Shown here: positions 47,823 through 58,056 of the stretch, piece after piece | How the letters are laid out: each line of letters starts with the position of its first letter | Numbering within the stretch: the stretch's first letter is position 1 | From: Rubripirellula sp. | GTDB taxonomy: Bacteria > Planctomycetota > Planctomycetia > Pirellulales > Pirellulaceae | DNA length: 64,000 nt | Direction of reading: 5' to 3' | NCBI GenBank assembly: GCA_965216875.1 | Contig: OZ244207.1 | Location: 5,920,001 to 5,984,000 of the forward strand | The notes under the pieces: model-generated | Told to the model about the DNA's origin: nothing | The model's input: only the letters and a program-made list of their open reading frames with translations | The model's database searches: none | Program-made: the position numbers and the translations under genes

Positions 47823-49106
47823 ATGCTCGGCAAACATCACTCCATCGCGTTTGTTCTAGCCCTCGCGATCAACAGCTCGGTTTGGGCGGATTCGTGGACG
47901 ATCCCCACCGCCGGCAACGCCTTTGCGACCAATCCAGCCCATAGCCGAGGCGTCGGGCGCGGCGGCATCACCTTGAGCGGCGCGGATGAATCCTACTCGG
48001 TCTACTTCCATGTCGATCGGCCGGCGAGCATCGACCTGTCGTTGGGTGTTGATGCGAGACAAGAGACCACGATCGAAGTAAGACATGGCGAACGAGTTTT
48101 CGAGGCCACTGCTTCGCCAACGGAAAAAGAGTCACACGTTGGAACTCTCAAGATCGCTGAAGCGGGCTATGTCCGAGTCGACTTTCGCTGTTTGTCGCCA
48201 AAGCACGACTCAGGCCGTGTAGCCAGTATCGATGAACTCAAACTTGCATCGGCAGACGAAGATTTGAAGGTCGACTTCGTCCGCTCCAATGACGGAAACA
48301 TGTTTTACTGGGGACGGCGTGGACCATCAGTGCACCTTCGATACACCGTACCACGTCAACCGCTTCGATATGCCTACAGCGAGATCACGGTACCGCAGGG
48401 GCAAGATCCGATTGGCACGTTCTACATGGCCAACGGCTTTGGTGAGGGCTACTTTGGCTTTCAAGTGAACAGCCCGTCTGAGCGACGCGTTTTGTTTTCA
48501 GTGTGGAGTCCTTTCAAGACCGACAACCCCAACGACATCCCCAAAGACCAACGCATTAGCATGCTTGCTCGCGGCAACGGTGTCCACGTCGGCAAGTTTG
48601 GCAATGAAGGGTCGGGCGGCCAAAGCTATTTGATCTACCCTTGGAAAGCGGGCAGTACTTATCGCTTCCTCACCAAGGTCGAACCCGATGGCAACGGCAA
48701 CACGGTTTACACGTCATGGTTCGGGGACAAGGCGAAAGACGAGTGGCGTTTGATCGCCAGTTTTCGGCGCCCCAGGACCGATACGAACCTGCGTGGTTTC
48801 CATTCCTTCCTCGAGAGCTTTTCACCAGCCTACGGCCACATCGGTCGAAAAGCGCATTACGGCAACGTTTGGGTCTACACCGTCGATGGATCGTGGCACG
48901 AGTGCAATGAGTCCCGGTTTTCGGTCGACGGCACAGGCAATGGTCGGCACCGACTTGACTTTGATGGCGGCTCTGTAGGCGGCCATTTCTTCCTCCGCAA
49001 CTGCGGCTTCGTTGCCGGCGAGCAAAAACCAGGCGCAACCTTCACGCGCGAATCGACCGCGCCGGAGCAACCGCAAATCAACTTCGCCAAGCTACCGATG
49101 CAATAG
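47823..49106 (+). CDS. Exported DUF5077/DUF3472-like protein
   Basis: YWGRRGPSVHL, GYFGFQVNS...VLFSVWSP, FGNEGSGGQS motifs. Confidence 0.8.
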   Translation: MLGKHHSIAFVLALAINSSVWADSWTIPTAGNAFATNPAHSRGVGRGGITLSGADESYSVYFHVDRPASIDLSLGVDARQETTIEVRHGERVFEATASPTEKESHVGTLKIAEAGYVRVDFRCLSPKHDSGRVASIDELKLASADEDLKVDFVRSNDGNMFYWGRRGPSVHLRYTVPRQPLRYAYSEITVPQGQDPIGTFYMANGFGEGYFGFQVNSPSERRVLFSVWSPFKTDNPNDIPKDQRISMLARGNGVHVGKFGNEGSGGQSYLIYPWKAGSTYRFLTKVEPDGNGNTVYTSWFGDKAKDEWRLIASFRRPRTDTNLRGFHSFLESFSPAYGHIGRKAHYGNVWVYTVDGSWHECNESRFSVDGTGNGRHRLDFDGGSVGGHFFLRNCGFVAGEQKPGATFTRESTAPEQPQINFAKLPMQ

Positions 49107-49152
49107 CACGCGTTCCTGCAAATCATACAAGTACAGTTCAGACGCTACCCGT

Positions 49153-49192
49153 GTAGGCCGGATCAAGGAGCGACAGCGACGCAGATCCGGCA
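49153..49192 (+). repeat. Third copy of the GTAGGCCGGATC REP
   Basis: 38/40 identical to 46541-46580; lies between convergent genes. Confidence 0.88.
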
Positions 49193-49289
49193 TGAACGTC
49201 GACCACGTGTACCCGTTACCGTGGTGGATCTATAAGGCCCGGAATGCCCGCGGCTACGCGAGCCCCGCAACAGAACCAACGACGGGCTT

Positions 49290-50906
49290 TTACTTCACTT
49301 CGGTCAGAATTGCGATCGCCGCGCGGCCCGTGATGCCTTCGGGACGTTTCATCCATAGCCACGTGTCATCAGCAAAATGATGCTTTTGGTCGCCAATTGT
49401 TTTGCCGGTCAATGGATCGAACCAACGGATCTGCATGGTCTTACCGAGAATCTCCGGCAATCGTCCATTGATCCCTTTTCGATAGTCGGGCAAATAAAAC
49501 AGGAACGTGTCTGTTCCGTTGCCCAACATCGGCGGCGAGAAAGTTTGCTGGGATGGCTCGAGCGAATTGAAGTCGTACTTTGCAAAGAGATCCGTCAGGT
49601 GCTTGTAGTACGCGAAGTGAGGTTGCTGGTGCTCAGGCAAAGCAAACGGTTTCGTGATCACGTTGTACCACGATGTGTTTTGCCAATAGTAAGTCGAATA
49701 CGTGCCAGCAAAGATGCACTGGTAAGTTCGGTCTAAACAGGTTTCTGGATCGGTGTAGGCACCATCGAAGATACTGTAGGTCGTCTTCTCGTAACCGCCA
49801 TGTTCGATGTTAAAGACTGGCTTGTCGCCGTATTGCTCGCCGATTTGGGCCATCCGGTGGTACAGGAATGGTTGCCATTCCTGGATCGAAATGATGTCGA
49901 CTTTCCCCGGAAATGCGCTGCAGTACCTGAAGTCATGAACGGTTAGCAATCGATTGTGGCCGTCGAGGCGCCGGAGTCGATCAATGCGCCGCGAAATGTA
50001 ACCCATATCGTCGCGACCGTAGTCGAGTGCTTCTTTGGAAATATCCCAGATCAGGTTTGGAAACGCCTGATAGCGAGCCACGACGTAATCAAAGTACCGA
50101 TTGTCAGCCTCCGATTCTGGATCGGGCCAATTCACTTGCTTGTTCCATACGTAGATCATCAGGTGAGCAGCGATTTGCTGTTCATCCTGCAATCGAAACA
50201 TACGGTCGAGTCGCTGAAAGTAAGTCACATCCAGCGTTGAAAAGTCGGGATCCTCGTTTGTCCCACCAAACGGAAAGACATTCGGCTTGGCAAAGTTATC
50301 TTGAGGAAGGATCTTGTCTTTCTCTCCCCAGGTTGCGTCGTACGCAAAGACGTTCATCACGACTTGGTTGAAACCGTTGTTGGCGACCGATTTCACAAGT
50401 TCTCGCGAACGTGGAATATCGTTCCCATTCTCAGCGTCGAGCGCAAAGAGCCAATCAAGTTCGAACGCCATCAAAAAGTAAGGCGATCCATCGGCGTACT
50501 CGAAACGGCGAGAATTCGACTCTGAAACCCTGATCGGCCCGCGTTGCCACGATCGCGTGTTCTCGACCACTTTGACCGTCCCCGTCTTGCTGGCAAGCTG
50601 CGGCATCGTGGAGTACGTCGTGTAGTACCAATCTCCGAGTTCCTTAGGGCAAAACCTGACCACCCATCGATCGTCCCCATCGTAGTAACCAGGAACCCGC
50701 AATCGATCACCTTCGGCATGACGAAACACAGCTCCAAACTCGACGGCGAATGGGTCCTCGTCGTCATCTTGTCCCAGAAAACTAAGTTCCACGACCTCCC
50801 AGCGCTCAGCGTCGGTGACGACTTTCGGTTGCTGAGCCTTTACCACTGAACAGTACGAATAGGTCGTGCAGCAAAGCAACAACGCCAGAACCAAACGTAG
50901 AATCAT
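49290..50906 (-). CDS. DUF5060/DUF4038 (glycoside-hydrolase-like) exported protein
   Basis: RWEVVELSF...GYYDG..WVVRFCP N-domain; FEYADGSPYF, YVVARYQAFPNLIW, KPVFNIEHGGYE. Confidence 0.8.
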   Translation of the reverse strand: MILRLVLALLLCCTTYSYCSVVKAQQPKVVTDAERWEVVELSFLGQDDDEDPFAVEFGAVFRHAEGDRLRVPGYYDGDDRWVVRFCPKELGDWYYTTYSTMPQLASKTGTVKVVENTRSWQRGPIRVSESNSRRFEYADGSPYFLMAFELDWLFALDAENGNDIPRSRELVKSVANNGFNQVVMNVFAYDATWGEKDKILPQDNFAKPNVFPFGGTNEDPDFSTLDVTYFQRLDRMFRLQDEQQIAAHLMIYVWNKQVNWPDPESEADNRYFDYVVARYQAFPNLIWDISKEALDYGRDDMGYISRRIDRLRRLDGHNRLLTVHDFRYCSAFPGKVDIISIQEWQPFLYHRMAQIGEQYGDKPVFNIEHGGYEKTTYSIFDGAYTDPETCLDRTYQCIFAGTYSTYYWQNTSWYNVITKPFALPEHQQPHFAYYKHLTDLFAKYDFNSLEPSQQTFSPPMLGNGTDTFLFYLPDYRKGINGRLPEILGKTMQIRWFDPLTGKTIGDQKHHFADDTWLWMKRPEGITGRAAIAILTEVK

Positions 50907-51047
50907 CGGAGTTTCAATCTTTGTAGAGTAGACAGATCAATGAAGTTGCAACCTCTCACAGCTCAGCAGGACCGTCAGATCCATGTCAACGGCGCCTAGT
51001 ACTTTGCTTGGGCACCGTGAAAAAGCAAGCACGTACTGGTAAGCGGG

Positions 51048-51809
51048 CTAAGGGAGGTGATCGATCAGCTCGCAGCGTTGGAGTCTCATGCGGAGTCGTC
51101 GCATCCCCTCGGCGCTAATCTTGGTATCAACGACATGTAGCTTGCGAAGCGACTTCAACTTGGCAAGATCATCGATTGCCTCATCGGAGATCGAAGTATG
51201 ATCGAGCCAAAGTTCTCGCAGACGATTCAGCGAGGCGAGAGATTTCAGCCCATCGTCAGTGACTTTCGTTTCGCCGAGATGCAACCCGGTCAACCGCGTG
51301 AGTTTGCTAATCTGCTTCATGCCGGCATCGGTCACATGGTTTCCGCGCAGGCCCAGGTAAACCAATTGCTTCATCTTGCCGACATGCACAAGCCCGTCAT
51401 CGGTGACCTTGGTCCCGCCAATCGGCAAGTGTTCGAGGGCTTCGAGGCCGCTGATCACACGAAGGCTCTCATCGCCAACACGCGTGCGATAGAGATTGAG
51501 CCACTCGAGCTTCTGCAATTTGTCGAGATGCACGATGCCTTTGTCAGTTATCGCCGTCTGCTCAAGTGACAGATCCGTCATGTTCACAAAACCGGCGACC
51601 AGCATCAGGTCTTTGTCGACCAATCTCGTCCCATTTGCACTGACCTCAACCACGTCATTGTTCTTTGAAAAAACAACGGCTCCGAGATCGCGCAGCTTTG
51701 CGATGCAATCCGCATGATCTTGGTCGGCGACGGCAGCAACAGCCCATGGCGACAATAAACAGAAAACAACATTTAGACCAATAAGTTTCATTACCAGACC
51801 CAGCACCAT
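51048..51809 (-). CDS. Exported leucine-rich-repeat protein
   Basis: Repeated LxxLxLxxTxVTDxG 24-aa units. Confidence 0.9.
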   Translation of the reverse strand: MVLGLVMKLIGLNVVFCLLSPWAVAAVADQDHADCIAKLRDLGAVVFSKNNDVVEVSANGTRLVDKDLMLVAGFVNMTDLSLEQTAITDKGIVHLDKLQKLEWLNLYRTRVGDESLRVISGLEALEHLPIGGTKVTDDGLVHVGKMKQLVYLGLRGNHVTDAGMKQISKLTRLTGLHLGETKVTDDGLKSLASLNRLRELWLDHTSISDEAIDDLAKLKSLRKLHVVDTKISAEGMRRLRMRLQRCELIDHLP

Positions 51810-51933
51810 CGGTACCTACAACATCCACAAACCAGCACAGTCTAGCAGCCTGAAAAACCTGGTTAGGAACTGCAAGCCGTCGCTTCCATCGTATCGACGC
51901 TACCCATGCGGGCAGACATCAAGGGCGGCGTCC

Positions 51934-52108
51934 AGGCCGGAGGCCGACACATTCATGCCGGTGACGTAAGTCACCGGCAAAGACTGCGAAAAAGCGATCA
52001 GCCCGGAGGGCGCCACATTCGAAATGTATCGCCCTCCGGGCTCAATCGATTTTCGCATCCACACCCGGGGTCTTACGACCCCGGCAGATCTTGTTTTGCC
52101 CTCCGGGC
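51934..52108. repeat. Long imperfect palindrome (REPIN/MITE-like)
   Basis: GCCCGGAGGGCG / CGCCCTCCGGGC arms with internal hairpins CCGGTGAC-GTAA-GTCACCGG and CCGGGGTC-TTAC-GACCCCGG. Confidence 0.75.
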
Positions 52109-52484
52109 AAGCGGGAGTCAAAGAGGTGAACAAAATTAAGATTTTTGCTCGCTCGCAAAACCCAATAACATTTCCTAGGGGCTCATCAACTAGCCGCATG
52201 AGCGTGCACGCGAGATTTGCACGCTTCTCGCGCTATTCGACCCCGACACTGAACAAAAGAGATTCAAACTGACACGCCCAACTCGACCGAACTTCCTCGT
52301 TGGACTCTGTCCAACCAACTCGCTTCTGGGAATCGAGCGGAGACCATCGAAGGCATCTGACTGTTCCGCGACAAACGTCCGTCAGAGCGGAAGATGTAGA
52401 AAACGAGCCAGGGTAATCAGATGGGGTACGGGACGTTTGGAGCAGCCCAAGCAGAGCACGCGCGCACCGCAGAGAAGAAAAAAG

Positions 52485-52558
52485 TAGGGCTGGCAGGACT
52501 CGAACCCGCGACCTAGGGATTATGAGTCCCCAGCTCTAACCGACTGAGCTACAGCCCC
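52485..52558 (-). tRNA. tRNA with CAU anticodon (probably Ile2; elongator Met not excluded)
   Basis: GGGGCTGTAGCTCAGTCGGTTAGAGC...GGGGA-CTCATAA-TCCCT...GGTTCGAGTCC...CAGCCCTA; no initiator C1:A72 mismatch. Confidence 0.92.
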
Positions 52559-52648
52559 CTCTTGGTGTTTGTTCCTTTATAAAGGAACGCCGCCACTTTT
52601 CCAGGTGGCACCCCTCCACCCACCTTCCCGCATCTTTGACCACCACCA

Positions 52649-54070
52649 ATGCTTCGTTTTTGTCTTCTCGTCGCTTGCCTTGTTTTTGTCTCGCAACCCG
52701 ACGCCCACGCTGCCGATCCCGCTCCAAACGTCGTTTTGATTCTTGCCGATGATCTTGGCTGGGCCGACGTTGGGTACAACAACCCAAAGGTCTACAGCCC
52801 CAATCTGGACAAACTTGCTGGCGAGGGAATCACCTTCTCTCAGCACTACGTCATGCCTCAGTGCACTCCGACACGTGTTGCCTTAATGACCGGCCGCTAC
52901 CCAGGCAGATTCGGTGGCGCCGCACTCCAGGCGAGTAACGACTCTGCCTTTCCAATCGGAACGCCTACCATCGCTTCGATGTTGCAAAAGAGCGGCTACC
53001 GTACGGCGCTCACCGGGAAATGGCATCTCGGATCAAGTGCCGATCATGGTCCCAACCAATTCGGATTCGAAAGCAGCTACGGCTCCCTGGCTGGCGCGGT
53101 CGGGATGTACGACCACCGCTACCGCGTAGGCGAATTTGAGCATACTTGGCACCGTGATCACCGACTGATCGAGGGAGCCGAGAATGGAACACACGCCACC
53201 GATCTGGTCACTTCCGAAGCAATCCGCGTGATTGAAGAGAATGATCCGCGTCCCTTCTTTCTGTACGTCCCCTACCACGCGGTTCACACGCCGCTTGATG
53301 AACGTGGTTCGTTTGCCGATCGTCCGACGCAACTTGATCCTGCTAACCCCAATCGCTGGCTAGACGAAGACCATATTCAATGGTTTAACGATCCGAAGGG
53401 GTTGATACAGAGTGAAAACGACCCAGAAAAGCGACTACTGCTCGCCGCCGTTCATCATCTTGACCACGCGGTTGGAAAGATCGTCGACGCACTCGATCGC
53501 ACTGAGAAACGATCGAACACGTTGATCCTTTTTTCATCTGACAATGGCCCGCAAGTCTCTTGGCCCGGCAACGCTTACCCGGACGACCTCAAACTGACCG
53601 ACTTTAACCAACCGATTCCGATGCGTGGAAAAAAAGTCGACGTGTGGGAAGGAGGGATCCATGTCCCCGGCTTTGTGAACTGGCCAGACAAATTCGCACC
53701 GCGGCGTGAATCGACGCCAATGCACATCGTCGATTGGTACCCAACGCTTTCCGCAATTGCCGGCTCAAAGGAGCTCCCGCCCGAAGTCGACGGTGTCAAC
53801 TTGCAGCCTCTTTGGTTCGGCAAACAACCGGTCAAATCGCGTGACCTTTATTGGACCTGGAACAAACGGACCAATCGCTGGGCGCTGCGGCACAATGATT
53901 GGAAGGTTGTCAAATATGGTCGCGGCGCACCCCAGTCGCCATCGGAATGGCAACTATTCCATCTCGTTGATGATCCGACGGAATCTCGAGATTTGGCTGC
54001 CAACCACCCCGACCGCGTACGAGAGCTTCACGAGCGATTTCTCGCCCATCGCGCCCTTGATTCGAAATAG
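52649..54070 (+). CDS. Arylsulfatase-family sulfatase
   Basis: Signal peptide; PNVVLILADDLG, CTPTR, GKWHLG, SDNGP. Confidence 0.95.
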   Translation: MLRFCLLVACLVFVSQPDAHAADPAPNVVLILADDLGWADVGYNNPKVYSPNLDKLAGEGITFSQHYVMPQCTPTRVALMTGRYPGRFGGAALQASNDSAFPIGTPTIASMLQKSGYRTALTGKWHLGSSADHGPNQFGFESSYGSLAGAVGMYDHRYRVGEFEHTWHRDHRLIEGAENGTHATDLVTSEAIRVIEENDPRPFFLYVPYHAVHTPLDERGSFADRPTQLDPANPNRWLDEDHIQWFNDPKGLIQSENDPEKRLLLAAVHHLDHAVGKIVDALDRTEKRSNTLILFSSDNGPQVSWPGNAYPDDLKLTDFNQPIPMRGKKVDVWEGGIHVPGFVNWPDKFAPRRESTPMHIVDWYPTLSAIAGSKELPPEVDGVNLQPLWFGKQPVKSRDLYWTWNKRTNRWALRHNDWKVVKYGRGAPQSPSEWQLFHLVDDPTESRDLAANHPDRVRELHERFLAHRALDSK

Positions 54071-54256
54071 GCGGACAGACGCTCCAGCAGTGTGAAACGC
54101 CGCCATCGATGATGGAACCGCCATGCTTGGCGTGCTAAGATTGTCGTTCTCGTCTGCCCTCCCCTGCACTTCGGCTTTGGCGTCCCTTTTCTCTCGACGC
54201 CGCTGGTTGCGTCACGGCAACCACGTCCAGCCACCTCCTCAATCACCCCGCCTGTT

Positions 54257-56626
54257 ATGCCCCACTATCGTCTGATCGTCCGTCTCTTTGCGCTCGTGTG
54301 CATCCTATCCGGCGTGACATCTCGGGCACACGCCCGGGTGTTCGAGATAACTCCGTTGGGACCGATGACGATTCAACAGGCCGCCGACGCAGCGCGCGCG
54401 GGCGACACGATTCGACTTTCGCCAGGCGTTTATCACCAGCGGGTCGTGTTCAACAAAGCCAGTGGAACGCACGGAAAACCGATCACCCTTGAAGGGCCCA
54501 CCGACGCCATCATCGATGGCGCAGTCGAGCAAGCGTTCGATTGGGAAGATGCCTCGTTCATTACGAAAGGGCTCTACCGTGCACCGATCGCCAAGCGTGC
54601 CTGGCACATTAGCGCCGATGGTCGATCAGTCACTCAGCTCTACTACAAACGCGTTCAACTCAGTTCATCCCATCCCAAAGATCAATGGCCAGCCCTTTTT
54701 CACAAAGCCCCCGAACGACGTGACTACTACGGGCTCAAAGGTCTCGCGATGGTGCACGATGACGAACAGATGCTTTACGTTCGTTTCGAAGACTACAGCC
54801 ACCCCAAAGACAAAGAGATTACGGTCGCACCCAAACAACCGATTGTTTTGATCGACGGCGTGCATCGTATCGTTGTGCGCGGCATCACGATTCGAAACGG
54901 CTGGGTCGCAACCATGGTCCGAGCCAGTATGGGGAGTGTTGTCGAACACTGCACGATCACACAAACTCGGCATGGTGTTTGGCTCGGTGCCAACTCGGAC
55001 CGCTGCACCGTGCGGCTGAACGAGATCACCAACGCACCGCTGGCAACCATCGACCCGCGTGGACAGGGTGGACGCAGTTGGACCAATTGGCTGGCCAACA
55101 AGAACTACGGGTATTGGGATCATTTCGGGATTCGCTTTGTCGACACCTCCGGCGGCAACCAGATCCACGACAATCACATTTATTCCCATTGGGGCGGGGT
55201 CGAAGAAGCGAGCGCCAATGCGAACACCAACACTGGCAATAACATCCACCACAACTTGATCGACTCGATCGCCGACGATGGACTCGAACCCGAAGGCACA
55301 GGTCCTGAGGTCCAGTGGCATCACAATCACGTCCGCAATTGCATCGTTGGATTTCGAATCAAGCCACTGATGGCCGGCCCTACTTACATCTATCGCAACC
55401 TGATCGTCAACTGCGGCGAAGGCTTTCGAAACTTCCAGTCCTCTGCAACCAAACCCTACGTCTACGTTTATCACAACACGACCGACGCACGGGGCGCCTA
55501 TTCGAGTAACGGTGTCGAAGACGATCGCCTAGAAAACTACCATTACTTCAACAATCTGATGGTCGGCGATCTTGTATGGCGTGACTCAAAGAAGAGTCAC
55601 CTCCCGAATTGGCAAGCAGACCACAACGTCTTCGTTTCGCGCGGACGCAATGCGGACGACTGGAGAAAAACGCGAAAGATCGTTCTCGACCAAGGCCTCG
55701 ACCAGAACAGTCGATTCCTTGACTCGCCCAAAGGTGTTTTCGCCAACCTGGACCAAGGCGATTTTTCACTTGCCACAAACAGCCCCGCCGCGGGTGTCGC
55801 GGGCGACTTAACAGACCTCGTCAAGCGAGATCTTCCAGGCATTGGGCCAACAGCATCAAGCAGCGACGCTGGGGCGCTGCCGCTTGGACAATCGATGCCG
55901 ACGGTTCCGCGAGATCCCCGCGCGATCGACGATCTTCCCATCGCTGGAACCTATCCGGGCCCCAACGCAACCTTTCGCCGAGTCGTCGAAGAAGACCAAA
56001 TCCGAAGGTACACCGGATACCCGCTCGAAGACCTACAAAGCGAAACCTTTTGGGGGCGACGCGCCAACGCATTGCCGATGTCCCCCGAGGGATGGCGGCA
56101 AAAGCAGGCCGAACAGCAACGCATTGCCGATGACGCGGTGCTCGGTCCCAATCTGCTCAAAGACGGAGGCTTCGAAGATCATCGCCAAGGTGCGATCAGC
56201 GAATGGAAGCTTCATCAATCAAAGCAAACAAACCACCAGCTAACGATCTCGCCTGAATCGATTCCTCAACTCGGCGAACGCAGCGTAGCGAAGATAAGGA
56301 TTGACGGCGCGGCTGATGGCCTCGGCCAAATGTTTCAACGTGTCTATTTCAAACCTGGACAACGCTACCGCTTCTCTGGATACATCAAAGATGACGGTGG
56401 GCAAGTCGGAATGGTTCAGATCAAGACATTCAAAGGAAGCAAAGAGACGGCGCGTTTGACCAGCCCACGCAGCAAAACGGAATGGCGCAAAGTCACCATC
56501 GACATCACCGATCGAAAAGTCGACAAGCTCGAGATCATCGTTCGCTTTAACCAAACGCCTTCCGCACAAGGCAAGACGCTTTCGATTGCCAACTTCTACT
56601 TGGGTGCAGAACAATCTGCCCGCTAA
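54257..56626 (+). CDS. Exported right-handed beta-helix protein with C-terminal CBM4/9-like module
   Basis: TIQQAADAARAGDTIRLSPGVY; repeated IHDN/IHHN/IYRN coils; NLLKDGGFE module. Confidence 0.82.
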   Translation: MPHYRLIVRLFALVCILSGVTSRAHARVFEITPLGPMTIQQAADAARAGDTIRLSPGVYHQRVVFNKASGTHGKPITLEGPTDAIIDGAVEQAFDWEDASFITKGLYRAPIAKRAWHISADGRSVTQLYYKRVQLSSSHPKDQWPALFHKAPERRDYYGLKGLAMVHDDEQMLYVRFEDYSHPKDKEITVAPKQPIVLIDGVHRIVVRGITIRNGWVATMVRASMGSVVEHCTITQTRHGVWLGANSDRCTVRLNEITNAPLATIDPRGQGGRSWTNWLANKNYGYWDHFGIRFVDTSGGNQIHDNHIYSHWGGVEEASANANTNTGNNIHHNLIDSIADDGLEPEGTGPEVQWHHNHVRNCIVGFRIKPLMAGPTYIYRNLIVNCGEGFRNFQSSATKPYVYVYHNTTDARGAYSSNGVEDDRLENYHYFNNLMVGDLVWRDSKKSHLPNWQADHNVFVSRGRNADDWRKTRKIVLDQGLDQNSRFLDSPKGVFANLDQGDFSLATNSPAAGVAGDLTDLVKRDLPGIGPTASSSDAGALPLGQSMPTVPRDPRAIDDLPIAGTYPGPNATFRRVVEEDQIRRYTGYPLEDLQSETFWGRRANALPMSPEGWRQKQAEQQRIADDAVLGPNLLKDGGFEDHRQGAISEWKLHQSKQTNHQLTISPESIPQLGERSVAKIRIDGAADGLGQMFQRVYFKPGQRYRFSGYIKDDGGQVGMVQIKTFKGSKETARLTSPRSKTEWRKVTIDITDRKVDKLEIIVRFNQTPSAQGKTLSIANFYLGAEQSAR

Positions 56627-56641
56627 CTGCCTGAGCGACCA

Positions 56642-58056
56642 TTGCTCAACAGGCGTCAACATCCGCCCGACTAGCCAGATACACTTGCTTGATGCTGGCC
56701 TGTTTCGGCAAACGTGTAAGCCTCATGAAATCGGGCTGCGACTTGGTCACCCAAAATATCGGCAAATTCCTTCGCACTTCGATCATATTCCAAGTTCTGC
56801 TTCGTATTCACCGAAGGGTCCGCATTTCCACGTACGATCCGACTCGATACGTCTCGCGCGCTTGGATTGGTAACCATCCACCTTCGCATATCAGGGGGCG
56901 GACAACTGACAAGTGAAACCTTCCCTCGATTGTCCGAGATGAATTTCTCCCACCCGGCAGAATCTATTTCAATTCCCGCGCCCTGACGATGCTTTGTGTG
57001 GTCGGCAATCAACACGACCTCGCGCACGCCAGAACTTACGGCATCGCGTATGAGTGAGAGCTTCGTCGTCGCGGAATTGGAATCGTGCGAAGTCGGTCCT
57101 TCCGAAGGACATATCGATGTGCACGGAACAACAAGGATGGTCGCACCAGGATTCTCGTAGATGCAACGGTGGTAAATGTCGTGGCACGCTTCACCATAGA
57201 ACCCGCCGTACTCAGACCTCTGCAGAGAATCATCGTACTCGGCAACGCCCCCAACCATGATCAGCCTTCTCAGACCGCGAGCAACCAGCGGATTGTCGCG
57301 AAACTCCCTTAGCAAAACGTCGTTTGACGTCACGACAGTGACATTTCGCAAATGCTCGCTGATCGCAAGTCCACAATAGAATGCGCTAGAACCTTCTGGC
57401 AAGACGACGCTGTCGCCGTCTTTGATGATCGACCGCCCATTGCGCACTTTGGCTGACACTAGGAAATTGGCAACGAGCTTCTTCTCTTCCTGGTTCTCGT
57501 AGAGCGATCGTCCAAAGTGACTCGCGATCGAATACCGTGCCAATGGCTCCATTCGACGGCGCCCCCACAACCAATAACCTTCGACAATTTCATCGAACGA
57601 CGCCTCTGCGCGTCGACATACCAAATCGTGCAGCTGAGGATCCGATTTCAGAAGCTCGCCGATTGGCAACGTCCTAATGCGCTCAAGGTCATCAATTTCA
57701 TCCAGGTGAGCGCTCGCAAACTCTCCACTTTCCCAATTGCTCCCCGGTGGAGAAACATTGCCAAATGCGATTCTTAATTGACGATTGAGTAGCTCGTAGA
57801 ATTCCTTTTTTGAAATCAGCTTTGTGCAAAAAAGGAAAAACAGAAAGTCCATCTCGAAGTCTCCTTGTGCAGTTGGAACCGACACAAGAATTCTACACGT
57901 GCAAGAATGGATTCAATACTTTTTCTTAATCTTGCAATTTAATAGTTTCTGCATTTGCTAGCAATTCACTGCACCGAATAGCGCTCGCTATGATACGGAC
58001 GGTACGTGCGCGCGACTTCAAAAAGCTCGCCACACGTTACTCAACAGGCGTCAACA
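56642..58056. mobile_element. 1.4-kb islet bounded by a 20-bp direct repeat
   Basis: TTGCTCAACAGGCGTCAACA (56642-56661) vs TTACTCAACAGGCGTCAACA (58037-58056); visibly AT-rich at 57770-57960. Confidence 0.6.
56671..57852 (-). CDS. DeoR C-terminal sensor-like domain protein without a recognisable HTH
   Basis: ENQEEKKLVA, DGDSVVLPEGSS, VTVVTSN, IMVGG, VVLIADHTK follow the DeoRC pattern; ATG 57852 has an AAGGAG RBS. Confidence 0.7.
   Translation of the reverse strand: MDFLFFLFCTKLISKKEFYELLNRQLRIAFGNVSPPGSNWESGEFASAHLDEIDDLERIRTLPIGELLKSDPQLHDLVCRRAEASFDEIVEGYWLWGRRRMEPLARYSIASHFGRSLYENQEEKKLVANFLVSAKVRNGRSIIKDGDSVVLPEGSSAFYCGLAISEHLRNVTVVTSNDVLLREFRDNPLVARGLRRLIMVGGVAEYDDSLQRSEYGGFYGEACHDIYHRCIYENPGATILVVPCTSICPSEGPTSHDSNSATTKLSLIRDAVSSGVREVVLIADHTKHRQGAGIEIDSAGWEKFISDNRGKVSLVSCPPPDMRRWMVTNPSARDVSSRIVRGNADPSVNTKQNLEYDRSAKEFADILGDQVAARFHEAYTFAETGQHQASVSG

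Noticed and set aside
52140..52484. Island integrated at the CAU tRNA
   Set aside because: No duplicate of this tRNA's 3' end or integrase was noticed in the window.
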